Below are positions 37,763-47,583 of a stretch of 64,000 nucleotides of DNA, one piece after another. The position numbers and the translations under genes are program-made. Under the pieces are notes generated by a model. That model did not search any database. It had not been told where the DNA came from and saw only the letters and a program-made list of their open reading frames with translations. Source of the stretch: Candidatus Kerfeldbacteria bacterium (lineage in GTDB: Bacteria; Patescibacteriota; Patescibacteriia; UBA10025; JAHIVO01); contig JACROE010000002.1 in assembly GCA_016214565.1 (NCBI GenBank), forward strand, positions 119,654 to 183,653. Reading direction: 5' to 3'. The stretch's first letter is position 1, and each line of letters begins with the position of its first letter.

Positions 37763-38329
37763 TTATTCACTGACTGCTTCAGTCTGATTCGTCATTTTTT
37801 CCTGGAGCAACTTGCGTAAATTTTCATCGCTATTCAGTTTGCCGTAGTCGGGTAATTGAGAAACACGATCAATTCCGAGGAATTGCAGGAAGTCAAACGT
37901 TATGGTGTACACGGTCGCCATTTTTTCTTTGTCATCATGCGCCTCGATCAATCCTCGAATCATCAGGTTACGTAAAATCAAGCTGCAATTAACGCCGCGA
38001 ATTTGCTCTAATTCCGCTTTGGTAATCGGCCCCCGATACGCAATAATGGTGAGCGACTCGAGCGCCGGCTTGGTTAACTCGCCGGTTTGCTCAGATTTAA
38101 TAAATTCTTTAATCACCGTCGAATACTTTGGACTGGTTGCCATTTGATATGATTGGCCGACTTTTTGCACATGAATACCTCGATCGGCAGTGTTATATTC
38201 CGCCATGAGGGCTTCCGCAGCTACGGTAATATCTTCCGTTTTTTCTTTCAAAATCTCCCCTAATTTCTGAGCGGATAATGGTTTGCCTGAAATGAAGAGC
38301 AGGCTTTCGATAAGGTAGCGAAGTTCCAT
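37763..38329 (-). CDS. scpB: segregation and condensation protein B
   Basis: Tandem winged-helix ScpB pattern (LESLLFISGKPLS...). Confidence 0.85.
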   Translation of the reverse strand: MELRYLIESLLFISGKPLSAQKLGEILKEKTEDITVAAEALMAEYNTADRGIHVQKVGQSYQMATSPKYSTVIKEFIKSEQTGELTKPALESLTIIAYRGPITKAELEQIRGVNCSLILRNLMIRGLIEAHDDKEKMATVYTITFDFLQFLGIDRVSQLPDYGKLNSDENLRKLLQEKMTNQTEAVSE

Positions 38330-38335
38330 GGTTGA

Positions 38336-39061
38336 TTATTCGATTACGTCAGTCGGTGGCTCTTCTGCCCGCTGGACGACGATCTCGTCGAAAATGCCGT
38401 CTTGGACGACCGCAACGGCGCGCTGTTTAACCAGCTCAAGCAGGGCTAAAAAGGTTACGATGACTTCTACTTTGTTATTAGATGATTTAAGTAATTCTGA
38501 AAAATGTATTTGCGCCCGATTGGAAATCAATTGCTGGATGCTGTCGATCCGCTCACGGATCGAAGCGGTCCGGGCAATCTGTTCTTGCGGCAGCGATACC
38601 CAGACGGATAGTTCCTGAAGTACTCCCACGAATAATTGGCGCATGACGTCCTGATTCAGCGTTGTGGGTGGATTAAATATCTTATCAATCTTAATGATCA
38701 TTTTCTGCCGGGGGAAAAGGAACTTCTTGCGATTCAACATTTTTTGCAGCACCTTCGATGCTTCGTAAAATTCACGATACATTTTTAGCTGAAATTCTAG
38801 ATCAACACCTTCATCTCCGGTTTCCTCGGCTAATTGTGGCAGGAGCTGTCGGGATTTAATCAGTAATAACTTAGCGGCCACCACTAAAAAGTCAGCTAAC
38901 TCCTCAGTGGCAATATCGTCCGTGTTTTGTAAATGTTTTATGTACTGGTCCGTAACATGAGCTAAGGCCACCTGGGTAATATCAAGCTCCTCCTGCTCAA
39001 TCAGTTGGAGCAAGAGGTCAAGCGGTCCTTCAAATTTTTCTGTTTTAAATTGGTAGGCCAT
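38336..39061 (-). CDS. scpA: segregation and condensation protein A
   Basis: ScpA kleisin N- and C-terminal domains; adjacent to scpB. Confidence 0.85.
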   Translation of the reverse strand: MAYQFKTEKFEGPLDLLLQLIEQEELDITQVALAHVTDQYIKHLQNTDDIATEELADFLVVAAKLLLIKSRQLLPQLAEETGDEGVDLEFQLKMYREFYEASKVLQKMLNRKKFLFPRQKMIIKIDKIFNPPTTLNQDVMRQLFVGVLQELSVWVSLPQEQIARTASIRERIDSIQQLISNRAQIHFSELLKSSNNKVEVIVTFLALLELVKQRAVAVVQDGIFDEIVVQRAEEPPTDVIE

Positions 39062-39063
39062 GC

Positions 39064-39549
39064 TTATTTTTTTGTGGCGTCGCGCTTGGCAATCACCGCA
39101 GTCTGCAAATTATCCCCCTCAAGCTTCATGTAATCTTTGACTTTCATGCGCACGCTCTCGGTAAAGCTGCCTGCGCCAAATAACGCGCGCTGTGCCTTCA
39201 ATAATGCTTTGTCCATAACCACGCCGACCTTATGCACTGTGCCAAACGCAGTAATCGCGCCTGGTTTTACATTGAACTTCTTCTTCATTTCTCCTTCGCG
39301 AGCAATCTGCACTTTTTTTGCCTTGAATAATTTTTTTACTTTGGGTAAATCAAGTTTGTAATGCGCGGGTATAACCACCAGATAATAGGCAGAATCAACT
39401 TTAACCAAGAGGGTCTTGGCAATTTCCTGCATTTTCATCTTCAGCGTCTGCGCCAGATCGTACGCGGTATATACCGTCCGATGCTCGACGACCTCAAATG
39501 CCGCTTTGCCTTTTTCAAGCATGGTGATTACTTTCTTTGATAGTGCCAT
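39064..39549 (-). CDS. YbaK/ProX-type aminoacyl-tRNA deacylase domain protein
   Basis: 161 aa; YbaK-like fold pattern (…VKPGAITAFG…). Confidence 0.6.
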   Translation of the reverse strand: MALSKKVITMLEKGKAAFEVVEHRTVYTAYDLAQTLKMKMQEIAKTLLVKVDSAYYLVVIPAHYKLDLPKVKKLFKAKKVQIAREGEMKKKFNVKPGAITAFGTVHKVGVVMDKALLKAQRALFGAGSFTESVRMKVKDYMKLEGDNLQTAVIAKRDATKK

Positions 39550-39561
39550 ACAAGTATATGG

Positions 39562-39861
39562 TTAAGGTTTAAAGGGTAATTGCTGCTGGGTATTAAACAT
39601 TTTTTTTGCGTATCGGCGTCCCGGTACGGTCATGCGCACTTCGTCAATAAACCATTTCTCCGGCGTGCGGCGGCCGTAACCGATGAGAAGTCCCCGCTCA
39701 ATCAAACGCTCGATGCTCCGACTGATAATGCGCTGTTGGTCATCCGCCGAGGGTTTCTTCTTTTGGCTCGAATAAAACTGTTTCAACCTTGTACGCTGCA
39801 GCCTCCCCTTGGCGTCATAGGCGCTCGTTAGGATGAATCGCTGGAGCGGAGAAATGATCAT
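39562..39861 (-). CDS. hypothetical basic protein (99 aa)
   Basis: 4-bp overlap with aspS; lysine- and arginine-rich; no recognised family. Confidence 0.4.
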   Translation of the reverse strand: MIISPLQRFILTSAYDAKGRLQRTRLKQFYSSQKKKPSADDQQRIISRSIERLIERGLLIGYGRRTPEKWFIDEVRMTVPGRRYAKKMFNTQQQLPFKP

Positions 39862-41264
39862 GCTTTTTTCTTGTCAGTTATGGAGATATGGAGATCCTTC
39901 AGCTGTTTTGCCGACACGTTACTTGGCGAGCCGGTCATTGGTTCTCGATTATCACCGGTCTTGGGGAACGCCACCACTTCTCTGATGCTCGATTCATTGA
40001 AGAGAATCATCAATAACCGATCAATCCCCGGGGCAATGCCGCCATGAGGTGGAACGCCATAGGTAAACGCTTCTAACATATGCCCAAATTGCTCTCGCGC
40101 CTCATCCTTCGTAATGCCCACCAATTCAAATATTTTTTCCTGAATCTTCGGATCAGTGATCCGCAGGCTGCCACCGGCCACCTCATATCCATTGAGGGCG
40201 ATATCGTGCTGCCAGGAGCGAACCTTTTGCGGTTCTGTAGCGAGCAGTGGAATATCCTCAGTTTTTGGTGCGGTAAACATATGGTGTGCTGGAGCATAAT
40301 GACCATCTTCTTTTTCTGGTTCGAAGAGCGGCCAGTCAACTACAAAACAAAAAGCAAGTTCATGCGGATCATTTTTATTTTTTCGCAAATCAGGCTTGTC
40401 ATTGCCGTATTTCTGCATCGCCTCATCATACGTCAAACGCGGCCAGGGGGAATAAGTTATGTGCTTTTCGGGAAATAGCGTCTTCACCAGATTGGTATAC
40501 AGCGTCTCAATCAATTGCAAAATATCCTCCTGCGTGACGAATGACATTTCGATATCCAACTGATAAAACTGATCCGGCGACCGATCACCGCGGGAATCCT
40601 CATCACGGAAACAAGGCGCTATTTGGAAATACTTATCCAGCCCCGCAACCATGAGCATCTGCTTATACTGCTGAGGAGACTGGGGTAGTGCATAAAACTT
40701 GCCCGGATAAACTCGGGATGGAACGAGATAATCTCGCGCACCTTCAGGAGTTGATTTGGCTAGGATAGGCGTCTCTACCTCGATGAAGCCAAGCTTGTGC
40801 AATTCAGCGCGAATAAATTGAATGACTTTGGACCTCATGATCAATTGCCGCTGCTTACGCGGACGACGCAAATCAAGGTAGCGATATTTATAGCGCAACT
40901 CTTCCCCCACTTCCGCCTTATCAGTATCCACGATTTCAAACGGAGGAGTTTGGGATTCTGAAATGATTTCAAGTCCGGTAGCCTGAATCTCGACTGTGCC
41001 GGTTGGATAATCATGATTCACTAATTTCTCTGGACGGGCTTTGACAATACCGGTGACGGCCACCACAAATTCGGGACGAAGTTTCTTGGCTGTTTCGAGA
41101 ACTGCTGCATCGTCCGGAGTAAACACAATTTGCACAATCCCCGTTACGTCGCGCAATTCAACAAAAACCATCTTGCCTAAACGACGCGTGACATGTATCC
41201 AGCCTTTAAGTTCGACGGTATCGCCGATCTGGTTTATTGTATTTCGAATGTATGAACGTGACAT
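39858..41264 (-). CDS. aspS: aspartyl-tRNA synthetase (compact archaeal/eukaryal-like type lacking the GAD insertion)
   Basis: N-terminal OB fold, class II motifs, FRDEDSRGDRSP signature; 468 aa. Confidence 0.88.
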   Translation of the reverse strand: MSRSYIRNTINQIGDTVELKGWIHVTRRLGKMVFVELRDVTGIVQIVFTPDDAAVLETAKKLRPEFVVAVTGIVKARPEKLVNHDYPTGTVEIQATGLEIISESQTPPFEIVDTDKAEVGEELRYKYRYLDLRRPRKQRQLIMRSKVIQFIRAELHKLGFIEVETPILAKSTPEGARDYLVPSRVYPGKFYALPQSPQQYKQMLMVAGLDKYFQIAPCFRDEDSRGDRSPDQFYQLDIEMSFVTQEDILQLIETLYTNLVKTLFPEKHITYSPWPRLTYDEAMQKYGNDKPDLRKNKNDPHELAFCFVVDWPLFEPEKEDGHYAPAHHMFTAPKTEDIPLLATEPQKVRSWQHDIALNGYEVAGGSLRITDPKIQEKIFELVGITKDEAREQFGHMLEAFTYGVPPHGGIAPGIDRLLMILFNESSIREVVAFPKTGDNREPMTGSPSNVSAKQLKDLHISITDKKKA

Positions 41265-41271
41265 AAGCGTA

Positions 41272-41886
41272 TTACAGTGTTACCGTCGCCAGTATCTGCG
41301 CGCTGGCTTCATTAAATTCTATTTCAAATAAGTTATTGGCATTGATGAAAAAAAGATTGTCTTCATTTGGATCACCGGAGGTCTGCCGATACACCGTTGC
41401 GATTTCATCAGCGACCTTTTCGGTGTACGATTGATAAATATTTGGAGAAACGCCAGTCAAACGCTGATAAATTTTCCCCACTGGCGTTTCATCCTCGATT
41501 TCACCCGGCGTCAATGGAAAAGCTTTAAAGCTCAAAGAATCCGCCGCATCAGCAGCGCGCAATTCAATGAGTGTCCCCTCATACACGCCGTAGGCAATTG
41601 AATCCTCAAAAAGCGTGTAATCATCAGGGTATTTGAATGCTATGCTCAGTTCGTCCGATGTATACTGCTGCCAGCCGGACGTATCGACAGATTCAGGAAT
41701 GCGGACAACGTTCGAGCGAAATGTTTTAATAATTAAAATATTTGAAGTTGGTGTAGGATTCTCAATCCAGAAGAAATACAAAATGTAAAACACAAATAAG
41801 ACGATGGTCACCTCCATCAGAATGATAGAGATCCCCCAAAATGTCGAAATGCCTCGCTGTGCGAAAAAATTCATACTTAAATGCAA
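41272..41886 (-). CDS. hypothetical TM-anchored protein (204 aa)
   Basis: Single N-terminal TM helix; no recognised family. Confidence 0.45.
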   Translation of the reverse strand: MHLSMNFFAQRGISTFWGISIILMEVTIVLFVFYILYFFWIENPTPTSNILIIKTFRSNVVRIPESVDTSGWQQYTSDELSIAFKYPDDYTLFEDSIAYGVYEGTLIELRAADAADSLSFKAFPLTPGEIEDETPVGKIYQRLTGVSPNIYQSYTEKVADEIATVYRQTSGDPNEDNLFFINANNLFEIEFNEASAQILATVTL

Positions 41887-42248
41887 AGGTTATGAGTCAA
41901 GCATGTTTGGCCTGCCGCGATACGTTCATACGCATCGCAACTCGGTGATTCAGCCCCACCAAACGTAGTATAGCCGCACCAGAGAATCGTTTCGCCAGAT
42001 GCCTTCACCACGACATCACCGACGCCAACGCAGGTGCTGCGCAATACATAATGATCGGCACAGCCAAATACCTGATCTACCTGGCATTCGATGGGATATT
42101 GCGCATGCCGCTGCCCACAAAATCGTTCAGCTATTTCCTTATCAGGGTTGGCCTGATTAACGTTAATAGCGATGCCATTCAGTAGCACTAATGACAAAGC
42201 TAAAAGACCGAATAAAATAATCCATCGTGCTGATATTCCACCATGCAT
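41877..42248 (-). CDS. hypothetical secreted Cys-rich protein (123 aa)
   Basis: Signal peptide and 8 Cys. Confidence 0.45.
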   Translation of the reverse strand: MHGGISARWIILFGLLALSLVLLNGIAINVNQANPDKEIAERFCGQRHAQYPIECQVDQVFGCADHYVLRSTCVGVGDVVVKASGETILWCGYTTFGGAESPSCDAYERIAAGQTCLTHNLCI

Positions 42249-42252
42249 ATGT

Positions 42253-43554
42253 TTAGGGTCGCAAACGATTTAATAATCGAGGAAAAGGTATAGTTTCGCG
42301 CACATGATCCAGGCCGCACAGCCACGCCACTGTCCGCTCAAGCCCGATACCAAATCCTGAGTGCGGCACGGATCCGTATTTCCGTAAATCTAAATACCAA
42401 CCAAAATCAGATTCTGACAGTTTGTGCTCTTTCAGCCGTGAACGCAATAATTCATAATCCCAAATGCGCTCCGACCCACCAATGACTTCCCCATAGCCCT
42501 CGGGGGCAAGCAAATCAGCGCACAAAGCAAATTTTTGATTCTCCGGGTCTGGCTGCATGTAAAAGGCCTTTATCGCAACTGGGTAATGGGTCACAAACAC
42601 GGGCTTGTCGTATTGCTTCATTAACATCGTTTCATCGTCAGCCCCGAAATCATCACCGTGCTTAATATCTGAACCTAACTTTTGTAGTGCCACGATGGCA
42701 TCGTCATAGCGCAGGCGAACAAATGACCCCTGTACTTTTTGTAACGCCGCTACATCACGCTCGAGAATTTGTAATTCTGCCGCACGATTGGCTAATACTG
42801 ATTGCACAATATGCGTCACCAAGCGCTCTTGGATTTGTAAATTTTCTTCATGCTGGACAAAGGCCGCCTCAGCATCCAGCATCCAAAATTCCATCAGATG
42901 GCGCCTCGTTTTTGACTTCTCTGCTCGGAAGGTCGGTCCGAAATCATAGACTTTCCCAAGCGCCATGGCGAGCGCCTCAAGGTATAATTGCCCCGACTGG
43001 GATAAATACGCCTTTTCTTCAAAATAGTCAGTGGCAAAAAGCGTGGTCGTCCCTTCACAGGCAGTTGGCGTCAAAATGGGCGTATCAGTCAGCGTGTACT
43101 GTTCTTGACGGAAAAACTCACGCATGGACCAGATAATCTCATCTCGGACACGCATAATCGCCCGCTGCCGTTCAGCACGTAGCCACAAATGCCGATGGTC
43201 GAGCAAAAAATCAACGCCATGCTCTTTCTTGCCAATCGGGTATTCCTCAGCCCGATGAACTAATACGACTGACGAAACGTGCAATTCATAGCCAAATGGC
43301 GAGCGAGTATCAGCTCTGACCGTACCCGAAACTTCCACGCTTGATTCAAGTGTCAGCTGCTCGCAAGCAACCCAGCTCTGCTCGTCAACGGTTTCACGGC
43401 TAACCACCCCTTGAATTCGGCCAAATCCATCTCGAATTTGTAGAAAATATATCTTGCCTGAACTTCGAAAATTAAAAACCCATCCACGGATGGTTACTTG
43501 CTCCCCTTCATGCGACTTGAGCTGCGAAAGATGGATAGGTTTCATAGAGTGCAA
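42253..43554 (-). CDS. asnS: asparaginyl-tRNA synthetase
   Basis: [21 protein letters not shown] motif 2 and class IIb architecture. Confidence 0.92.
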   Translation of the reverse strand: MHSMKPIHLSQLKSHEGEQVTIRGWVFNFRSSGKIYFLQIRDGFGRIQGVVSRETVDEQSWVACEQLTLESSVEVSGTVRADTRSPFGYELHVSSVVLVHRAEEYPIGKKEHGVDFLLDHRHLWLRAERQRAIMRVRDEIIWSMREFFRQEQYTLTDTPILTPTACEGTTTLFATDYFEEKAYLSQSGQLYLEALAMALGKVYDFGPTFRAEKSKTRRHLMEFWMLDAEAAFVQHEENLQIQERLVTHIVQSVLANRAAELQILERDVAALQKVQGSFVRLRYDDAIVALQKLGSDIKHGDDFGADDETMLMKQYDKPVFVTHYPVAIKAFYMQPDPENQKFALCADLLAPEGYGEVIGGSERIWDYELLRSRLKEHKLSESDFGWYLDLRKYGSVPHSGFGIGLERTVAWLCGLDHVRETIPFPRLLNRLRP

Positions 43555-43612
43555 AAATTATACCACTTTTTTCCCATAATGGCAAATGACACACGTTCAG
43601 TATTTCTCAATT

Positions 43613-46318
43613 TTATGCCTGCTGAACTCGCCGAATCCTGGTCTGAAACACCGTTTTAAGCAATTCAATAATTGCAATTGCACCAAAACCAGTAGGCATG
43701 GCAATCAGCCAATCGGTAAGATTAAGCGGCACAGTTTGAAATATTTCCTGCAAAGCCGGCATATAGATCACGGGCAACTGAAGTAAAATGCCTACTAGAA
43801 CTCCGAGCAATAAATAGCGGTTGCTAAACGGATTTCGTTCCCATACATGATGACGTATGCTCCGGTATGCAAAAGAATACATCAAAGTGCCGATTGCCCC
43901 CGCTACAAATGTGGTCGAACGGGCTCGTTCCAAATCACCGGTTATTTTCCACTGCAGATAAAATACACCCAATAGCAAAAATCCAGTCAGTACGCTGACT
44001 GAAGCGATTAATAATTTTGTTTTTCGATCCACGATGGGTTGCGTACGGGGCACGGGAGGCTGTTGCATTGCATCTGGCTCACCAGGCTCCATTGTCAAAC
44101 CTATGCTGGGAAAGGAATCAGTTACTAAATTAATCCAAAGAATCTGTGCGGCCAACAGCGGCAGTGGCCAACCAAAAAATAATGACAAGACCACCAAGAT
44201 CATCAACGTAAAGCTATCTGAGAGTAAAAACAATACTGACTTTTTAATATTGTCGTATAAGATTCTCCCCTGCTCCACAGCATGAACAATGGTACTGAAA
44301 TTATTTTTCAGTAGCACCATGTCAGCCGTTTCTTTCGCGACATCGGTTCCGGAACCAAGCGCCACACCAATGTCAGCCGATTTTAATGCGGGAGCATCAT
44401 TTACACCATCACCAGTCATCGCCACGACCTCACCACGTTCTTGCCACGCATCAATTATGCGCAGCTTATCAGCAGGCGTGACGCGTGCATACACCGAAAT
44501 AGAGCTAATCCGAGCCATAAGCTCTTCGCGCGACAATTGAGCAAAGGCCGCGCCTTCAATAATATTTTCATCCGCATGCGGCAGGCCAATTTCTGCAGCA
44601 ATCGCTCGAGCCGTCAACCGATGATCGCCGGTAAGCATAATCGGTCGAATGCCCGCCGCCTGACACCGTCGAATGGTTTCACTGGCGTCACTCCGCAGCG
44701 GATCTTTGATAACCGCAAATCCCACAAAGATCAAATCGGCTAACGCCGCTTCGCCCTCAGGAATTTTCTTCAGTTTAGAATCAGCGGGAGTATACGCCAA
44801 TGCTAACAATCGCAAACCTTGACTGCTCAAATCTTGATACTGATGTTGTAGAGTGTCGCGCATCCGCTTGTCCAATGCGCGCTTCTTACCATCTAAATCA
44901 ACAAATTTCGCATGACGTAAAATAATTTCCGGTGCGCCCTTGATATTAAGCATGGCGCCATCGGTTGCGTGCGCATTCAGGCTCACCATGAATTTTGTAC
45001 TGGAATTAAACGGCGCAACATCCAGACGAGGATGCTGTCGTCTGAGTGCCACCAAATCAATTCCCGCCTGAGAAGCAACTAAAATCAAAGCTTTTTCAGT
45101 CGGGGTGCCGATGACGCTCCGATGCTCAATCGCCTCATCGGGATTCTCAATCGATGCATCAGAGGCCAGCACACCGACCTGCAATGCCGTAAAAAAACTC
45201 TTAGCCGGTGCTTCGTCCGCTTCACTGATCGCGTGAGTGGCGACATCATTATCAAAAGTAATAATCCGAACGACTCGCATTTCCCCTTCAGTTAAGGTAC
45301 CAGTCTTATCAGTACAAATGACGGTTATGGAGCCAAGCGTTTCGGCTGCTACTAATTTACGCACTAAAGCGCGCTTTTTTAGTATCTGCTGCATGCCAAT
45401 CGCCAGCGTCACCGTGACCACCACTGCCAAGCCTTCGGGAATAGCCGCGACGGCGAGAGCCACTGCCGTGGCGAATGTTTCTCTCAGCTCATACCCGAAG
45501 AGCAATCCAATCAAAAAAATGAGCAACGCTGCTCCCAATACAATATATCCAATCAATCTACCTAAACCAATCAGCTTCTTTTGCAATGGCGTTTGCTCCT
45601 CTGGCGCTGCAGCAATCATGGCCGCTATTTTGCCGAGTTCGGTTTGCATGCCGGTGTGCACTACCACTCCCGCACCCGATCCCTGCACCACCGTCGTACC
45701 CATAAATGCCATGTTGCGTTGTTCAGCGAGGAGAACAGAAGATGGCAATGCTTCGGTTATTTTCTTAATGGGTGCGGATTCACCGGTCAGGCTTGACTCA
45801 TTAATCGCTAGATCCTCGGCAGTTAACAAACGGATGTCAGCTGGCACCGTGTCGCCACTACTCACATAGACAATATCTCCGATAACAACCTCAATGGCAT
45901 TGATACGAATGCGTGTGCCATTACGGCGAACAACTGCGTACTGAGTGACAACACTGCGCAATCGTTCCAGTGAACGCTGCGCCCGATACTCCTGAATAAA
46001 CCCCACGAGAACATTAACGCCAACTGCAGCTAAAATAACAAACGTATCAATATGATCATTCAGAAGATACGTGATACCTGCTGCAACGAGCAAGATGACT
46101 ATGAGCAAACTTTTGAATTGCTCGGCTAAAATCCGGGGTGCGGCAATTCGATCGCGGCTGGCGATTTGATTGGCCCCATGAGTGGCTAAGCGACGTGTCG
46201 CTTCTGGCACCGTCAATCCCTCAGCCGTGGTTGCGACTGAACTGAGTACATGCGCAATTGATTGAGTAGAATATGATTCGCTCATAGGCACTTCTATACT
46301 ACCATACCTGAAAAACAA
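43613..46318 (-). CDS. P-type cation-transporting ATPase (P2/P3-type)
   Basis: DKTGTLT phosphorylation site, MLTGD, GDGVNDAPAL, ten TM helices; 901 aa. Confidence 0.93.
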   Translation of the reverse strand: MFFRYGSIEVPMSESYSTQSIAHVLSSVATTAEGLTVPEATRRLATHGANQIASRDRIAAPRILAEQFKSLLIVILLVAAGITYLLNDHIDTFVILAAVGVNVLVGFIQEYRAQRSLERLRSVVTQYAVVRRNGTRIRINAIEVVIGDIVYVSSGDTVPADIRLLTAEDLAINESSLTGESAPIKKITEALPSSVLLAEQRNMAFMGTTVVQGSGAGVVVHTGMQTELGKIAAMIAAAPEEQTPLQKKLIGLGRLIGYIVLGAALLIFLIGLLFGYELRETFATAVALAVAAIPEGLAVVVTVTLAIGMQQILKKRALVRKLVAAETLGSITVICTDKTGTLTEGEMRVVRIITFDNDVATHAISEADEAPAKSFFTALQVGVLASDASIENPDEAIEHRSVIGTPTEKALILVASQAGIDLVALRRQHPRLDVAPFNSSTKFMVSLNAHATDGAMLNIKGAPEIILRHAKFVDLDGKKRALDKRMRDTLQHQYQDLSSQGLRLLALAYTPADSKLKKIPEGEAALADLIFVGFAVIKDPLRSDASETIRRCQAAGIRPIMLTGDHRLTARAIAAEIGLPHADENIIEGAAFAQLSREELMARISSISVYARVTPADKLRIIDAWQERGEVVAMTGDGVNDAPALKSADIGVALGSGTDVAKETADMVLLKNNFSTIVHAVEQGRILYDNIKKSVLFLLSDSFTLMILVVLSLFFGWPLPLLAAQILWINLVTDSFPSIGLTMEPGEPDAMQQPPVPRTQPIVDRKTKLLIASVSVLTGFLLLGVFYLQWKITGDLERARSTTFVAGAIGTLMYSFAYRSIRHHVWERNPFSNRYLLLGVLVGILLQLPVIYMPALQEIFQTVPLNLTDWLIAMPTGFGAIAIIELLKTVFQTRIRRVQQA

Positions 46319-46345
46319 AAACGACTCAGATTGAGTCGTTTTTGA
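46313..46345 (-). terminator. rho-independent terminator
   Basis: AAAACGACTCA-gat-TGAGTCGTTTT plus T-run on the minus strand. Confidence 0.55.
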
Positions 46346-46366
46346 TGCGTTATAACGCGAATTGGT

Positions 46367-46729
46367 TTAGCTGGTCACGGTGTCTGCCGTATTGACGACA
46401 AAAGTCACAATTGCCCAAGCTAAGAGTACAACGATTAAACCGACAACTGCTGCGCTGATAATCTTTTTGGCGGTGCCTACTTTATCCTCATTGCCACCAG
46501 CCGTAATCCAAACGAAGCCTCCGTACAGAATCATGATAACCGCGATCAAACCGAGGAAGCCGAGTACCCATTGAACGATGTTAACAACGGTTGATTCGAG
46601 GTCAGCAGTTCCGAGACCGAAGGTGTTGCCATAGTTACCAATATTCACCTGAGCTGAGGCTACCACTGGCATTACCAAAACGACGGCCAGAGTAAGAGCG
46701 GTAATAATTTTTTTAGTCATTCCATTCAC
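46367..46729 (-). CDS. TrbC/VirB2-like (T4SS-type) pilin candidate
   Basis: Signal peptide, then two TM helices with ...LGFLGLIAVIMILYGGFVWITAGGNEDKVGTAKKII..., the pattern I recall for CPR T4SS pilins; SD AAGGGGGTG. Confidence 0.5.
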   Translation of the reverse strand: MNGMTKKIITALTLAVVLVMPVVASAQVNIGNYGNTFGLGTADLESTVVNIVQWVLGFLGLIAVIMILYGGFVWITAGGNEDKVGTAKKIISAAVVGLIVVLLAWAIVTFVVNTADTVTS

Positions 46730-47187
46730 CCCCTTTCATGTGTTCCATAACGTTTGCGCTATGAATAAATTACTTACTGAAGTTTTCCTTTTGTATAAAA
46801 ATAAAAAAATGCCCCAAAAATGAGAAGTAGTATAATAATGAAGATTTGACCGCCAGTTGAATCCATATTAAATCATCTCATTGTATACCCGGGGACTGAA
46901 CACGTCAATGTGTAACTATATAGTCAGAAGTCTCTACTAAAATCCCGGTTTCTATTGGCATTTCTCGTGAATTATAGCAAAATAGACGCAAAATGGCAAG
47001 TTGCTTGCTTTTTCCCTTACATTTGATAGTATTTGTTGCATACCTCCTATATTTATTGGGGAGAGTTCATAATATTCTTACACCGAGCCGCGTAGAATTT
47101 TTACGCGGCGAGGAAAAGGAAAAACGCGTGCGAAGGCGGAATGACCGATGATAATCGGACACGAAGCCGATAGCACCGTTTGGACGC

Positions 47188-47263
47188 GCGCGCATAGCTC
47201 AGTTGGTAGAGCAGTGGCCTTTTAAGCCAACGGTCGGGGGTTCGAATCCCTCTGCGCGCACCA
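47188..47263 (+). tRNA. tRNA-Lys (anticodon UUU)
   Basis: 76-nt cloverleaf: GCGCGCA acceptor, TAGCTCAGTTGGTAGAGC D-arm, CTTTTAA anticodon loop, GGGTTCGAATCCC T-arm, encoded CCA. Confidence 0.9.
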
Positions 47264-47422
47264 AACGAAGTGCAGGAGCAAGCAGAACGACACACCAATG
47301 TGTGTCGTGTAGGGATGAGAAAGCCGCAGCGATGCGCGAGTTCCCCGAGCCTGTCGAGGGGAGGCGAGCGCCGCGAGGCGGGGTCGACCGCAATTGCCGT
47401 CAGGCAATTGACGGGTGACCAA

Positions 47423-47441
47423 AATCCCTCTGCGCGCACCA
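47423..47441 (+). repeat. exact 19-nt duplicate of the tRNA-Lys 3' end (AATCCCTCTGCGCGCACCA)
   Basis: Identical to 47245-47263; about 30 nt of imperfect similarity including a T-arm-like hairpin. Confidence 0.8.
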
Positions 47442-47452
47442 CCTCAAGAGTG

Positions 47453-47477
47453 CCGCGGTAATACCGCGGTATTTTTG
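47453..47477 (+). terminator. rho-independent terminator after the tRNA-Lys/duplicate segment
   Basis: CCGCGG-taata-CCGCGG followed by TATTTTTGTTT. Confidence 0.6.
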
Positions 47478-47583
47478 TTTATTGCTAAACAGGTGGAAAA
47501 CATGTGTATGGCCCACGGCTTGATTTAGGGTAGCTTTCAGGATACACTGATAACCACCGAATAAACGCTTTATTCCCCTATCT

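Noticed and set aside
47101-47461. Five overlapping six-frame ORFs (60-113 aa) on both strands over the tRNA-Lys region
   Set aside because: They overlap the tRNA gene and the GC-rich hairpin segment, overlap each other in different frames, and lack ribosome-binding sites. They are an artefact of high GC.
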